From: an uncultured cyanobacterium
GTDB taxonomy: Bacteria > Cyanobacteriota > Cyanobacteriia > Cyanobacteriales > Microcystaceae
Assembly (NCBI GenBank): GCA_963807635.1
Contig: CAWEDJ010000086.1
Coordinates: 1 to 64,000, forward strand
Reading direction: 5' to 3'
Length of the DNA: 64,000 bases
Numbering within the stretch: the stretch's first letter is position 1; each line of letters starts with the position of its first letter. A model generated the notes under the pieces. The model made no database searches and was not told the DNA's origin. It saw only the letters and a program-made list of their open reading frames with translations. This document shows, piece after piece, positions 31,885-42,750 of this stretch. A program made the position numbers and the translations under genes.

Positions 31885-32850
31885 ATGAAACTTGCTTTTA
31901 TTATCGATCGCCTTTCCCTGCTCGATCCCACCCATGATACCAGTGTCGCCATCATGGAAGCCGCCCAATTACTGGGTCATGAAGTTTGGGTGACGGAAAT
32001 TCATCAATTGAGTGTGATTAATGGGAAAGCCTGCGCGTCATTACAACAATTAACCTTGACCCCCGTTGAATTGGTAGAAGGGCGTTGGGTCGCGACTCCC
32101 AATTGGTATCAGGTTTCTGAAAAAATAGTCCGCAATTTGGAAGAAATGGATGCGGTCTTGATGCGAAAAGATCCGCCTGTTAATGTGCGTTATCTCTATG
32201 TCACCTATCTTTTGGATTTAATTGATCCCGCCAAAACCTTAGTGATTAATTCTCCCCATGGATTACGCAATGCCAATGAAAAAATGTATACTTTTCAATT
32301 TCTGTCGGTTATGCCCGAAACAATGGTGAGTCAGGATAAAGCTTTGATTCGGCAATTTGTGGAAAAACATCAGCAAGCCGTTCTTAAACCCTTGGGAGGA
32401 AAGGCAGGAGAAGGTATTCTTTTCCTTGAACCAGGCGATCGCAATTTCAACTCCATGATCGAGGTCAGCACCCAACAGGGCCAAGAGCCAGTGATGGTTC
32501 AACGATTTTTACCCGAAGCCAAGGACGGTGATAAACGCATTATTTTATTGAATGGTGAACCCATCGGCGCGGTGAATCGCATTCCCACAGGGCAAGAATT
32601 TCGCGGCAATATGGCCGTGGGTGGAAGGGTCGCAAAAACGGAAATTACTGACCGAGAGCGGGAAATTTGTGTGATCGCTGGCCCGAAATTAGTCCAAGAC
32701 GGTTTATATTTTGTCGGCATTGATGTCATTGGAGGCTACTTAACCGAAGTCAATGTCACCAGCCCAACGGGAATTCGAGAAATCGATCGCCTAGAAGGAG
32801 TCACCTTGGGAAAAACCGTCATTCAGTGGATAGAAACTGTCAAAAAATAA
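31885..32850 (+). CDS. gshB: Glutathione synthetase
   Basis: MRKDPP, NEKMY, KPLGGKAGEG, GDKRI, FRGNMAVGG and EVNVTSPTG. Confidence 0.97.
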   Translation: MKLAFIIDRLSLLDPTHDTSVAIMEAAQLLGHEVWVTEIHQLSVINGKACASLQQLTLTPVELVEGRWVATPNWYQVSEKIVRNLEEMDAVLMRKDPPVNVRYLYVTYLLDLIDPAKTLVINSPHGLRNANEKMYTFQFLSVMPETMVSQDKALIRQFVEKHQQAVLKPLGGKAGEGILFLEPGDRNFNSMIEVSTQQGQEPVMVQRFLPEAKDGDKRIILLNGEPIGAVNRIPTGQEFRGNMAVGGRVAKTEITDREREICVIAGPKLVQDGLYFVGIDVIGGYLTEVNVTSPTGIREIDRLEGVTLGKTVIQWIETVKK

Positions 32851-32992
32851 TTGCCTTTTATACATCTCAAAAAAAGCAAGAATTTTGATTTCACTTCGCC
32901 TATCTATTACCAATCAATCAAAATACTCAACGCTCTTAGATCCCCAATTAATGAGTGATTTTCAATGAAATAGAAATCCACAAAAATCTATT

Positions 32993-33592
32993 TTAAAAAC
33001 AATTGCGAGGATTTTTAAAACCCTTCATAAAAGCACTCATTCGTTGCTTCGGAGTTCCGTGATGTTGAACATCGTGATAATCATAATCCCCCATCATTTT
33101 GGCGGTAACCATTCCTTCTTCGAGATCTCCTGGCTCTAATACCCCCACCCGATCCGTCGCCGCAAAGAAAACTCCCGCCAAACAATCTGCCTGAAGTTCC
33201 AATCGGACGAGAGGAATATTTTGATTGAATAATCCCAACTGGTTTTGAACTGAATGGCCATATTCATGGGCTAATCCATAATAAGCCGCCGCATCTCCTT
33301 GACTATTGGCTAAACGGGTCATTCTAGGAATGTTGAGATGAATTGTGTTGTCTTGGGCGCAATAATGGGCTAGTTCAGCAGGGCCGCAGGGAGTCCGAAC
33401 CACTCGCTGATGGGGATAAACAACGGGATAGCGGTATCGAATTTTCATCGTTCTAAAAAAAGATCCCCAAAAGGTATCCAGGGCATTGCTCACGACTTCT
33501 AGGGTGGCGTAATCCCATTCAGCCGAGGCGGGTTTAACAAATATGGAGAGAAATACTAGAGCAATTAATCCACTCACCAAAGATTTTTTCAT
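32993..33592 (-). CDS. Secreted neutral zinc metallopeptidase (YpfJ-like)
   Basis: Signal peptide; AHEYGHSVQ, ELQADCLAG and HGTPKQR. Confidence 0.88.
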   Translation of the reverse strand: MKKSLVSGLIALVFLSIFVKPASAEWDYATLEVVSNALDTFWGSFFRTMKIRYRYPVVYPHQRVVRTPCGPAELAHYCAQDNTIHLNIPRMTRLANSQGDAAAYYGLAHEYGHSVQNQLGLFNQNIPLVRLELQADCLAGVFFAATDRVGVLEPGDLEEGMVTAKMMGDYDYHDVQHHGTPKQRMSAFMKGFKNPRNCF

Positions 33593-33940
33593 ACTACCTT
33601 TGTGTAACTTTTGCAATGTTGAACTGGGAATTATTAAGACATTAAAAGAATTATTGATTCTTAAAGATTAGAATATTATCCTAACAGATTCAATTCTGAC
33701 TTTGCTAAGACTTGCTAAGATACGGAAGTTGTCATTCCCTTAACCGATGTTTTTCCAGAAAATTTTTGTCTCCGCAGCATTTTAGTTTTTTTGATGGCTT
33801 ATAATCAGCTAGGCTGCGGTATAGACGGTGAGTCCTAATTTGCTGATAAACTATACATCAGAATGACTGAAATCCTGACCATCGAACGTTAGAGTTTCAT
33901 TAATGCACAAAATAAAAAATTTATAGGTGATATTTAAAAA

Positions 33941-34318
33941 ATGACTGATACAATTCAGGTGAAAAATATTCGTTGCTATGGTTATACGGGATTTTTGGAA
34001 GAAGAGCAGATTTTGGGACAGTGGTTTGACGTTACCTTGACGATTTGGGTTGATCTGTTGCCACCAGGGAAAACTGACCAGCTTTCCGATACTGTTGATT
34101 ATCGTCAGGCGATCGCCCTGGTTAAACAATTAGTCTCCCAAAAAAAGTTTGCCCTCGTAGAACGACTCACCCAAGCGATCGCCGATGCCGTTTTAACCCT
34201 CCCCCTAGTGCAGAAAGTCCGAGTCCAACTCACCAAGGTTGCGCCCCCCATTCCCGACTTTGGGGGACAGATCGTGATTGATATCACCCGCGATCGTTCA
34301 GAAGGACAGCCCGACTAA
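33941..34318 (+). CDS. folB: Dihydroneopterin aldolase
   Basis: YGYTG..EEE..LGQWF, LSDTVDY, LVERL and VQLTK. Confidence 0.93.
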   Translation: MTDTIQVKNIRCYGYTGFLEEEQILGQWFDVTLTIWVDLLPPGKTDQLSDTVDYRQAIALVKQLVSQKKFALVERLTQAIADAVLTLPLVQKVRVQLTKVAPPIPDFGGQIVIDITRDRSEGQPD

Positions 34319-34674
34319 TCTTTAATTATTACAAGCTGTAAAGAGGGTGTTATAAATCTTGGAGCAAGTGGGAAAATTTAAAGTAGGGATTAAGCTTGTT
34401 AATCCTAAAAAATTACGGTGTGAGACTACTCATTGATCGGTTACAAGCAATAGTCAAAGCGTGAAGTGAGTTTACTGAGAAAAGGATAAAACTATCCACT
34501 TTTCAGAGGTTTTAAAATTCCTTTCCTGATGATCACTAAGAGTCTAATTTAAATAATTTATACTCTAAGACTTAAGGATCATTTCTCAGTACGGAATGGG
34601 CGATTTTCCCAAAAAATATTTACTATTACCTTCATTTATTTTAACTAACTTTTTGTTTAGGAGAGGATGCAATT

Positions 34675-34851
34675 ATGTTTGGGAAAACAAGACAAATAGG
34701 AAGAGTTGTCTGGCAATATTTGAATCAACCCATTTTTGCTACAAAACAACAGGCAATTTGGAACCCAAATCATTTTTGGTATCTTTATCAAATTCAACTC
34801 CTAGAACACTGTTGGCAGATTAGTGGTTCAGAAAGCCATTCTAATTCCTGA
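34675..34851 (+). CDS. Small 58-aa protein absent from the ORF track
   Basis: AGGAGAGG RBS; MFGKTRQIGRVVWQYLNQPIFATKQQAIWNPNHFWYLYQIQLLEHCWQISGSESHSNS. Confidence 0.65.
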   Translation: MFGKTRQIGRVVWQYLNQPIFATKQQAIWNPNHFWYLYQIQLLEHCWQISGSESHSNS

Positions 34852-35097
34852 TGATAAAAACTTAAGCAGATAAAACGAAAACGCCTCACTCGCGATTCAA
34901 TGGACTCAAAGCGATCGCCCTTAGTTTTTCTTTATAGCGGACTACGGCGACGAGTTGCTGTATCTTGGACTGAGCAAAAAATCTTAAAATCGCGTCCTTC
35001 CAGGCTTGAGTTTGTTGAATAAATCAACCCATCCGCCTGTTTTCAGACAACCATTGATTTGATTGATGCCAATTTAAGTTAAAATAAGCCAGATACT

Positions 35098-35182
35098 GGA
35101 GAGGTGGCAGAGCGGTTGAATGCGGCAGACTCGAAATCTGTTTTAGGGAAACCTAACGGGGGTTCGAATCCCCCCCTCTCCG
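35098..35182 (+). tRNA. trnS: tRNA-Ser(CGA)
   Basis: GGAGAGG/CCTCTCC acceptor stem, anticodon loop CT-CGA-AA, long variable arm and GGTTCGAATCC; CCA not encoded. Confidence 0.96.
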
Positions 35183-35283
35183 TTCATATTTTAGATTAAT
35201 GTTTTGTGAGATAGACGAGATAGACAAACGTTAGTAAGGTCAATTTAAACGCGATCGCGAAAAATTTAATTTAATCAAAATTT

Positions 35284-36537
35284 ATGAGCGCGGAAATTAT
35301 TTGTGTCGGGACAGAACTTTTGCTAGGCGAAATCTTGAACAGTAACGCTCAATTTTTAGCGGAAGAACTCGCTCAATTAGGCATTCCCCATTATTATCAA
35401 ACCACCGTCGGCGACAATCCCCAACGCATCCATCAGGTGATTGCTACTGCGATTCAACGCTCTTCTATCCTCATTTTTACTGGTGGCCTCGGCCCGACCC
35501 CTGATGATTTGACGACTGAGGCGATCGCAGATTTTTTTGAAACGCCCTTAATTGAGCGTCCCGAAATTATCGCTGATATTACCGAGAAATTTACCCGTAT
35601 TAACCGCCCTATCGCTGAAAATAACTATAAACAGGCCCTCTTGCCCCAAGGCGCAGATATTTTAGCGAATCCCACAGGAACAGCCCCAGGACTAATCTGG
35701 CAACCCCGACCTGGGATTACCCTTTTGACTTTTCCAGGGGTTCCCTCAGAAATGAAACGGATGTGGAAAGATATCGCCGTTCCCTACCTCAAGAGCCAGG
35801 GTTGGGGAAAGGAACGCATCTATAGTCAGGTTTTGCGGTTTCGAGGAATTGGGGAATCATCCCTCGCTGAAAAAGTTGCGCCCCTATTTGAACTCAAAAA
35901 TCCCACCGTCGCGCCCTATGCCGCCCTGGGGGAAGTCCGTCTGAGAGTGTCTAGTAAAGCAACCTCGGAAGCCGAAGCCCTAGCAGCAATTGACCCCGTA
36001 GCGACTCAAATTCGAGAGATTGCAGGATTAGATTACTTTGGACAAGACGAAGAAACGATCGCCGCTGTGGTGGGTAAATTATTACTCGAAAAAGGACAAA
36101 CCGTGAGTGTGGCAGAATCCTGTACGGGAGGCGGTTTGGGGGCAATGTTTACCGAAATCCCAGGCAGTTCTTGCTATTTTTACGGTGGAATTATTGCCTA
36201 CGACAATCAGGTAAAAATCAAACTTTTGGGCGTAAATCCTGATGATCTAGAAACTTTTGGGGCAGTTAGTCCTGAAGTTGCTGAACAAATGGCCCTGGGT
36301 GTTAAAAAGTCTCTCCAAACGGATTGGGGACTGAGTATCACAGGCATTGCTGGGCCAGAGGGCGGAACGGAGAGTAAACCAGTGGGACTCGTTTATCTTG
36401 GCATTGCTGATCCCCAGGAAAACGTCGCAAGTCTCAAGTTTCAATTTGGAGACACCAGGGGACGGTCAGGAATACGCTACCTCAGTGCTTCAAATGCCCT
36501 CGATCAACTGCGACGGAGACTTTTAAACTACCTCTAA
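35284..36537 (+). CDS. cinA: Competence/damage-inducible protein A (CinA, with PncC domain)
   Basis: VGTELLLG, GGLGPTPDDLT, AESCTGG and SITGIAGP. Confidence 0.95.
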   Translation: MSAEIICVGTELLLGEILNSNAQFLAEELAQLGIPHYYQTTVGDNPQRIHQVIATAIQRSSILIFTGGLGPTPDDLTTEAIADFFETPLIERPEIIADITEKFTRINRPIAENNYKQALLPQGADILANPTGTAPGLIWQPRPGITLLTFPGVPSEMKRMWKDIAVPYLKSQGWGKERIYSQVLRFRGIGESSLAEKVAPLFELKNPTVAPYAALGEVRLRVSSKATSEAEALAAIDPVATQIREIAGLDYFGQDEETIAAVVGKLLLEKGQTVSVAESCTGGGLGAMFTEIPGSSCYFYGGIIAYDNQVKIKLLGVNPDDLETFGAVSPEVAEQMALGVKKSLQTDWGLSITGIAGPEGGTESKPVGLVYLGIADPQENVASLKFQFGDTRGRSGIRYLSASNALDQLRRRLLNYL

Positions 36538-36556
36538 ACCTGTAGTTGTGAAGATC

Positions 36557-36640
36557 GCCCCCTAAATCCCCCAATTCTGGGGGACTTTAAAACCCATAAA
36601 TACAAAACGGTTTCCCCCAAAGTTGGGGGGCTAGGGGGGC
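36557..36640. repeat. Cyanobacterial REP/MITE-like element with terminal inverted repeats and two internal hairpins
   Basis: GCCCCCTA...TAGGGGGGC ends; TCCCCCAATTCTGGGGGA and CCCCCAAAGTTGGGGG hairpins; related copies at 46656. Confidence 0.75.
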
Positions 36641-36644
36641 TGAA

Positions 36645-38129
36645 CTAAATTTGTAACCATTTAGCTAATACCTCTGGCAAAGGCAATAGGATCATCACTA
36701 AAATTGCCATTGAAAATACCCCCAGAAAGTCTCGCCGATTATCTAATTCCGTTACATCATTGAGAGCAGGTTGATCACTGACGGGCATTAATAACAAAAG
36801 GATCGCCCAAAGAAAATAATCCCGTTCCACAAAGGCCAAGATGATCATGCCAATTCGTGCAATTTGACCGATCGCGATCGCGGAACGTTGACCCAACATG
36901 GCATGGATAATGTGTCCCCCATCGAGTTGACCAACGGGCATTAGGTTAAGAGCCGTCACAATCAGACCGATATAACCCGCGATCGCCAAGGGATGGAGAT
37001 CAATGGCAGTTCCCTTGATAAAGGTTGCGCCCATTGCTAATTTGCTAATCAGGGCAAACAACAAAGAAAAACGGGGATCAAGGGCATTAAATTGAAGCAT
37101 GGTACTTTTTTCTGCTAGGGGAACCACTTCAGAGAGGGATAAACCCCAAAAAAGTAGGGGCAAGGCAATCACTAATCCCCCCAATGGCCCCGCGATCGCC
37201 ACATCAAAGAGGGCTTTACGGTGGGGAATCGGCGATCGCATTTGGATAAATGCACCAAACGTTCCGAGAAAGAAGGGAATCGGGATGAAATAGGGTAAGG
37301 TCGTGCGGACACGATAATGAACGGCGGTAAAATAATGGCTTAGTTCATGGACTCCTAAAATCGCAATCACCCCGAAACTATAGGGTAAGCCTTGAAATAA
37401 AACCATCCAATTATCCTGGAGTTGTTCTGGTGTCACGCCACTCATTTCCGCGCCCACAATGGTCGTGGTGAGAATGGTGACGATTAATAAAAAGGCGGCT
37501 AACCAGGGTCGAGTTAGAACTTCTGGAGTTTTTTCTTCCGCAACTTCTGTATTGGGATTGGGAATCAGGGCGAAAAAGGGTTGCCCCTGTAAACTTTCTT
37601 GGAATAAGACTAAAAAGCGATCGCCAAAAACGCCTTCTACATTCTTTTTGATGCGATCATAGGCCGTTTCTGGAGCCGTTTGTAATTTACCCCGACAGAG
37701 AATTGCCTGGGGACGATAATCTAATTGCTGGAGATAATAAACACCAAAGGGAAAACAATCTCGTAGGGATTTTTCTTCAGTCGCATTGATAGGCCGAACT
37801 TTGGCGGCATCGCTTGAATTTGTCCCAGATCCGTTGGTATTTTCTCCTAAAATCGAGCTATTTTCTTCGGTTGTGGGAACAATTCGTCCTTTTTGAACTA
37901 ACCACCAATACAACCAAGGACAAAGCAGAAAGGGGCCGAAAATCAGCAATATGGGTAGGGGTTTATTTTCGCCATAGATTAAAAACCAACTCATCCAAAC
38001 AAAGGATGGAGTCATTAGCACGAGCCACAATAACCAAATCGGCGTTTTAGTGATATGGGAGACGTTTTTTTGAATAATAAAGTAGGTAATTAGCCCTAAC
38101 GACACAAACAAAGATAAAAGTAACCACAT
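36645..38129 (-). CDS. Site-2 protease (M50 family)
   Basis: HELSH, AIAGPLGG and NLMPVGQLDGGH; multiple TM segments. Confidence 0.92.
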   Translation of the reverse strand: MWLLLSLFVSLGLITYFIIQKNVSHITKTPIWLLWLVLMTPSFVWMSWFLIYGENKPLPILLIFGPFLLCPWLYWWLVQKGRIVPTTEENSSILGENTNGSGTNSSDAAKVRPINATEEKSLRDCFPFGVYYLQQLDYRPQAILCRGKLQTAPETAYDRIKKNVEGVFGDRFLVLFQESLQGQPFFALIPNPNTEVAEEKTPEVLTRPWLAAFLLIVTILTTTIVGAEMSGVTPEQLQDNWMVLFQGLPYSFGVIAILGVHELSHYFTAVHYRVRTTLPYFIPIPFFLGTFGAFIQMRSPIPHRKALFDVAIAGPLGGLVIALPLLFWGLSLSEVVPLAEKSTMLQFNALDPRFSLLFALISKLAMGATFIKGTAIDLHPLAIAGYIGLIVTALNLMPVGQLDGGHIIHAMLGQRSAIAIGQIARIGMIILAFVERDYFLWAILLLLMPVSDQPALNDVTELDNRRDFLGVFSMAILVMILLPLPEVLAKWLQI

Positions 38130-38251
38130 TTTTAGTTTCAACAGTAAGTTTTTAATGGTTTTTAATATAAAGAGTCTTTCTCGTCCATTCCCCTGTCACT
38201 CTATGATTATCGGGAGTGGAAAAAGATTATTTCGTTACTTGCACTGAATTT

Positions 38252-38971
38252 ATGTCATCCCTTAGTCCCGAACCTCCTGTTAATAACCCTACTATTCCTT
38301 TGGTAGAAACGCGATCGCCGAAAGTTCCCCGATTAATCTTAGAAGATGTTTATGCTTTTCCCCCTAATCGAGAAATTTTAGGAGGAACTGCTTATCTCAT
38401 TGTAAATAAATCGGGCAATATATTGGTGGATTGTCCTGCTTGGGACGCTGAAAATCAAGGTTTTTTAACACAACAAGGCGGTGTGCGTTGGTTATTTCTC
38501 ACGCACCGAGGGGGAATCAGTCCCGCTATTTCGGGCATTCAACGGGATCTGGGTTGTGAAATCATCATTCAAGAACAAGAGGCCTATCTTTTGCCTAATT
38601 TGACGATCGCGTCTTTTTCTCAGGAATTAGAGATTATTAGTGGGATCAATTTAATTTGGACTCCTGGCCATACGCCTGGTTCAGCTTGTCTTTATTTTGA
38701 TTCCCAAGGCGGCATTTTGTTCACGGGTCGTCATCTTTTACCGAATCAACAGGGAAAGCCAACTCCTTTAAGACTTTCTAAAACGTTTCATTGGTGGCGA
38801 CAGTTAGCGAGTGTGGCCAAATTACGCGATCGCTTTAGTGATGAAACCTTGACTTATATTTGTCCTGGTGCAAATACGGGTTTTCTGCGGGGGAAAAGGG
38901 TGATTAGTAATGCCTATGAACATTTGATGGATCTAGATTTAGACGAGTTAAAAAACGCGCCTAGTTTGTAG
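38252..38971 (+). CDS. Metallo-beta-lactamase-fold hydrolase
   Basis: AFPPNREILGGTAY, LFLTHR, TPGHTPGS and LFTGRHL. Confidence 0.82.
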   Translation: MSSLSPEPPVNNPTIPLVETRSPKVPRLILEDVYAFPPNREILGGTAYLIVNKSGNILVDCPAWDAENQGFLTQQGGVRWLFLTHRGGISPAISGIQRDLGCEIIIQEQEAYLLPNLTIASFSQELEIISGINLIWTPGHTPGSACLYFDSQGGILFTGRHLLPNQQGKPTPLRLSKTFHWWRQLASVAKLRDRFSDETLTYICPGANTGFLRGKRVISNAYEHLMDLDLDELKNAPSL

Positions 38972-39035
38972 GTTTTTATTGGGTTAATTTTCTGGGTTAC
39001 CTTGGATAAAGGCGATCGCGTTTTTTGTTGGGTAT

Positions 39036-39881
39036 CTAAATTGGGATTACGCCAGGATTGAGCCAGTGTAAAATCTCCTGTTTTAATTGCAATAAATCCT
39101 TAGAAAAAGATTCTTTCACCCACTGACCCACCGCATCTAGGGGCGTAAAAATTTCACCTGTTTTCCAATTAATTTCTTGTCCCAACGGTGTTAAATGATT
39201 GCCAGGTAATTGACAGAATGCCGTCATATTATTAAAGCGATCGCGGAGGAGAGGATTGAGGGTAAGAGTTTGATCAATTTCATCGTTTCTAAACTTAATC
39301 AAAAGATTCCGACGCACTTCATAGTGTTCTGTAATTAAATCCAGTGTTTCCGCAGGAGAAGGACTAAATTCTAAATTAAGATCTAAGTTTAAATTCGTTT
39401 TAATATCAAATTGTTGCTTGACCGAATTAAACAGTTTATTCAAGTTCGTCAAATCGAGTTGGGCAAATTGTTCTGCTCCAGGAATCGCCTGACGCACGGG
39501 ATAGTTATTAAAAGACATTAAAATATTGCCTGCCCGCTCCACATCATGGAGACTGCCGATCAACAAGTGCAGTTTACAGCCCATACTATGGCCCATCCCA
39601 TAGATCGGCAAATATCCCCTAGATAAAGCATTTCTCGTTTGCAGACGTTCTAGGATATTTTCAAAACGGTTCAAAACACTACGGGCGATCGCGGCATGGT
39701 CGAGGGTATTCACAAAAGGAGTCGTAATAATCCCATAACCCTGCTTACCCAGTTCGGCCAATAACCAGCGATAGGTCACACTAGGAGCCGTTCCCACGAA
39801 GGCACCACCCAAAAAATGAATAATTGCGATGGGTTGTCGTGGAATTAAGACCCAACTGCCAGAAATTTCTTGCCATTCCAT
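39036..39881 (-). CDS. DUF1350 family alpha/beta hydrolase
   Basis: IIHFLGGAFVG, GHSMGCKLH and GNHLTP. Confidence 0.88.
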   Translation of the reverse strand: MEWQEISGSWVLIPRQPIAIIHFLGGAFVGTAPSVTYRWLLAELGKQGYGIITTPFVNTLDHAAIARSVLNRFENILERLQTRNALSRGYLPIYGMGHSMGCKLHLLIGSLHDVERAGNILMSFNNYPVRQAIPGAEQFAQLDLTNLNKLFNSVKQQFDIKTNLNLDLNLEFSPSPAETLDLITEHYEVRRNLLIKFRNDEIDQTLTLNPLLRDRFNNMTAFCQLPGNHLTPLGQEINWKTGEIFTPLDAVGQWVKESFSKDLLQLKQEILHWLNPGVIPI

Positions 39882-40047
39882 GATGATTGAGGGATTTTCT
39901 GAGATTAATTCAATAGCCTCTATCCTAAACGAAAATACTTCAGAAGACCGCCCTTGCCCGCATCGATTTTGTCAATCTTGTTACCGCTAATCCTATGTTG
40001 GTTTAAACTGAAGACGACTTGCTTTTTACGCCGAATCCCCATTCTCT

Positions 40048-41426
40048 ATGCCCATTAGTCCTTTCAAATCTGCTGTACGGAAGCTTAACGCTGAAAAGCG
40101 AAAATGGGGGCTTGCCATGAGTCAGCACACTCCCAGACGGGTGAATCGTTGGTTTAAATGGTTAGCTCCAGGGCTATTTGTAAAACGTTGGTTATTGATT
40201 AGTTCGGTAGGCATTAGTTTATTGATTTTGGGGTTAGCGATTTGGGTAAAATTGACCCCTATTTATCGGATCGGAGGATTTGTTTCCCAAACTATCGAAA
40301 AGCTTTCTCAATTTTTTCCCAGTTATATTTCTGCCCCGTTCTATTTTTTGGGGGCTTATTTTTTGTCCTTTGGGGTCAAAGTCGCACGATGAATGCGATC
40401 ACGGAAGTCTTGCAACCCGAAAGCAATGAAGAATTGGTGGATGTTTTATTAGCCCATCGTCGTCTCAATCGAGGGCCAAAGATTGTGGTCATTGGCGGCG
40501 GAACGGGGCTTTCAACCTTGCTCAGGGGATTAAAACTCTATAGTGCCAATATTACGGCGATCGTTACTGTCGCCGATGATGGCGGATCTTCAGGACGGTT
40601 GCGACGAGAAATTGGCGTTTTACCGCCAGGGGATATTCGGAATTGCATTGCGTCTTTGGCCGATGAAGAAAAATTATTAACCGAATTATTTCAATACCGA
40701 TTTGAAGCAGGAGATGGATTAGTCGGCCACAGTTTTGGTAATTTGTTTTTGACGGCGATGACAGCGATTACAGGGGATCTAGAGCAGGCGATCGCGGCTA
40801 GTTCTAAGGTGTTAGCGGTGCGAGGAAAAGTGTTGCCTTCAACCCTGACCGATGTGAGTCTCTGGGCAAGATTGAGTGATGGTCGTTTAATCGAGGGAGA
40901 ATCGAATATCACAGGCGCAGGAGGAAAAATTGAGGAGATTGGTTGCCGTCCCGAAAATCCCATTGCCTTACCCGCCGCACTTCGGGCGATCGAGGAAGCT
41001 GAGTACATCATTATCGGGCCAGGCAGTCTTTACACCAGTGTGATTCCCAATTTACTGGTTCCCGATATTCGAGCCGCGATCGCAGGGGCCGATGTACCTC
41101 GAATCTATGTTTGCAATATCATGACCCAACCAGGAGAAACCGATGGTTATACGGTCTCGGAACATTTGAGCGCGATCGATGCCATTTCTGAATATCGACT
41201 CTTTGACGCGGTTCTAGTCCAACGAACTCCTCCGTCTCCCGAATCCCTGAAACACTACGCCCAAGAAAATTGTCATCCCGTCTTTTTAGACCGTGAAACA
41301 GTAGGGGAAATGGGCTGTCGCATTGTAATCGCTAATGTTATGAGTGAAAATGAAGAAACGGGCAGGGTGCGTCATGATCCCCATCGATTAGCGCGGGTTT
41401 TATTACGGTGGTATGGCGGCCAGTAG
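40048..41426 (+). CDS. yvcK: YvcK family protein, frameshifted near 40345
   Basis: [39 protein letters not shown] and NIMTQPGET; cyanobacterial TM N-terminus in the first ORF. Confidence 0.9.
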
Positions 41427-41544
41427 ATTTTGAGATTTTTTGAACTTCAGCGTTTGCCTCTAGGCAATTCATCATAAAAATTCTTGGAACTTTTGGGATA
41501 CAATTTTAATAAGATTATTTTAAAATCGGGTTTGAGTAAGATTT

Positions 41545-42750
41545 ATGCGACTTATATCAGCTAAAATCAAAAATTTTAAAAGTTTAGAAGATGTTGAGTT
41601 AGATTTTCGAGATTTAACAATTATTGTCGGGGCTAATGCGACGGGAAAATCTAATTGTCTTAAAGCCCTTGAATTTTTAAATGAAATAGTAAAAGATGGA
41701 TCACCTCCAAACGCAATAAAAATCCAAGAAAATTACTTGAGAACAGACATTGACAATAATAATTTAACTTTAGAAATTAATTTAGAAGAAGATAAAATTC
41801 CTATAAACTATGAACTTACTCTTGCTGTCAAAGGCAACGTTTGCTCTTTCGCGCAAGAAAATCTCAAGATTGATAAGATAAAAGTTATAAATATCACTGA
41901 TAATCAGGGAAAAGTTTGGGATGAAGATGGTCAAAACGAGCAGCTTTATAAATCTAAGGTCGGTAATTTAGCTTTAAAGGCAGCTAGAGATTTTGGAAAC
42001 AAACCCATAACATCTGAATTATATGATTCTCTCTGGGAGTGGAAATTTTATAATTTTGACCCAGATGTAATAAGAAAAACAAATAGAAAGGATCTCGCTT
42101 TGTTAGTCTCTAAGCTTGAAGAAACGCAAAATTCTCGATTTGAATTAGACTCTTATGGTTCAAACATTTCAATAATTTTACTCACTCTGTTATTTTTACA
42201 AAAAAATGAATTAGATGAGGTAAATAATATATTAGATGAAATCAATCAGGATTTAACTGATTGTCTTGGTATTTCTTTAAAACAAGCAGAAAAAAATAAG
42301 CCATTCATTAAAGTACAAGAAATAGATGGGAAAGAGATTGACTTATCCAATTTATCTGATGGTACATTAAGAATAATCGCTTACTATATTCTTTTGCACC
42401 AAATTTATTTACCTCCATTAATAGGAATTGAAGAACCTGAGAGAAATTTACATCCAGCAATGTTAACAACTGTTGCATCTATTTTAAAAAGGCTTTCCCA
42501 AAGAACACAAGTTATTATCACAACCCATAGTTCACAACTACTAGATTGTTTTAGTTCTGATGAAATTAATTCTGATATTTCTGTTCTTTTATTAAGTAAA
42601 AAAGATTCCTCTGGAACTCAAGTTTCTAGACTAGATCAATTGAGCAAAGAAAGAGAAGATCTAGCAGAATGGATGCGGGATTTTGGCGTTGGGAGTGCCG
42701 TCTATCACAGTAACTTATTACAGGAGTTATTAGAACCTCAATATGCGTAG
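41545..42750 (+). CDS. ABC/OLD-type ATPase (AAA_15/AAA_21-like)
   Basis: KNFKSL, Walker A GANATGKSN, signature LSDGT, Walker B IEEPERNLHP and H-loop ITTHS. Confidence 0.9.
   Translation: MRLISAKIKNFKSLEDVELDFRDLTIIVGANATGKSNCLKALEFLNEIVKDGSPPNAIKIQENYLRTDIDNNNLTLEINLEEDKIPINYELTLAVKGNVCSFAQENLKIDKIKVINITDNQGKVWDEDGQNEQLYKSKVGNLALKAARDFGNKPITSELYDSLWEWKFYNFDPDVIRKTNRKDLALLVSKLEETQNSRFELDSYGSNISIILLTLLFLQKNELDEVNNILDEINQDLTDCLGISLKQAEKNKPFIKVQEIDGKEIDLSNLSDGTLRIIAYYILLHQIYLPPLIGIEEPERNLHPAMLTTVASILKRLSQRTQVIITTHSSQLLDCFSSDEINSDISVLLLSKKDSSGTQVSRLDQLSKEREDLAEWMRDFGVGSAVYHSNLLQELLEPQYA

Noticed and set aside
35098..35283. tRNA-Ser as the integration site of an island
   Set aside because: No duplicated tRNA 3' end or integrase was seen; cinA follows directly.
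36557..36640. CRISPR array or mini-array
   Set aside because: The repeats are inverted or paired palindromes without regular unique spacers, and no cas genes are in the window.
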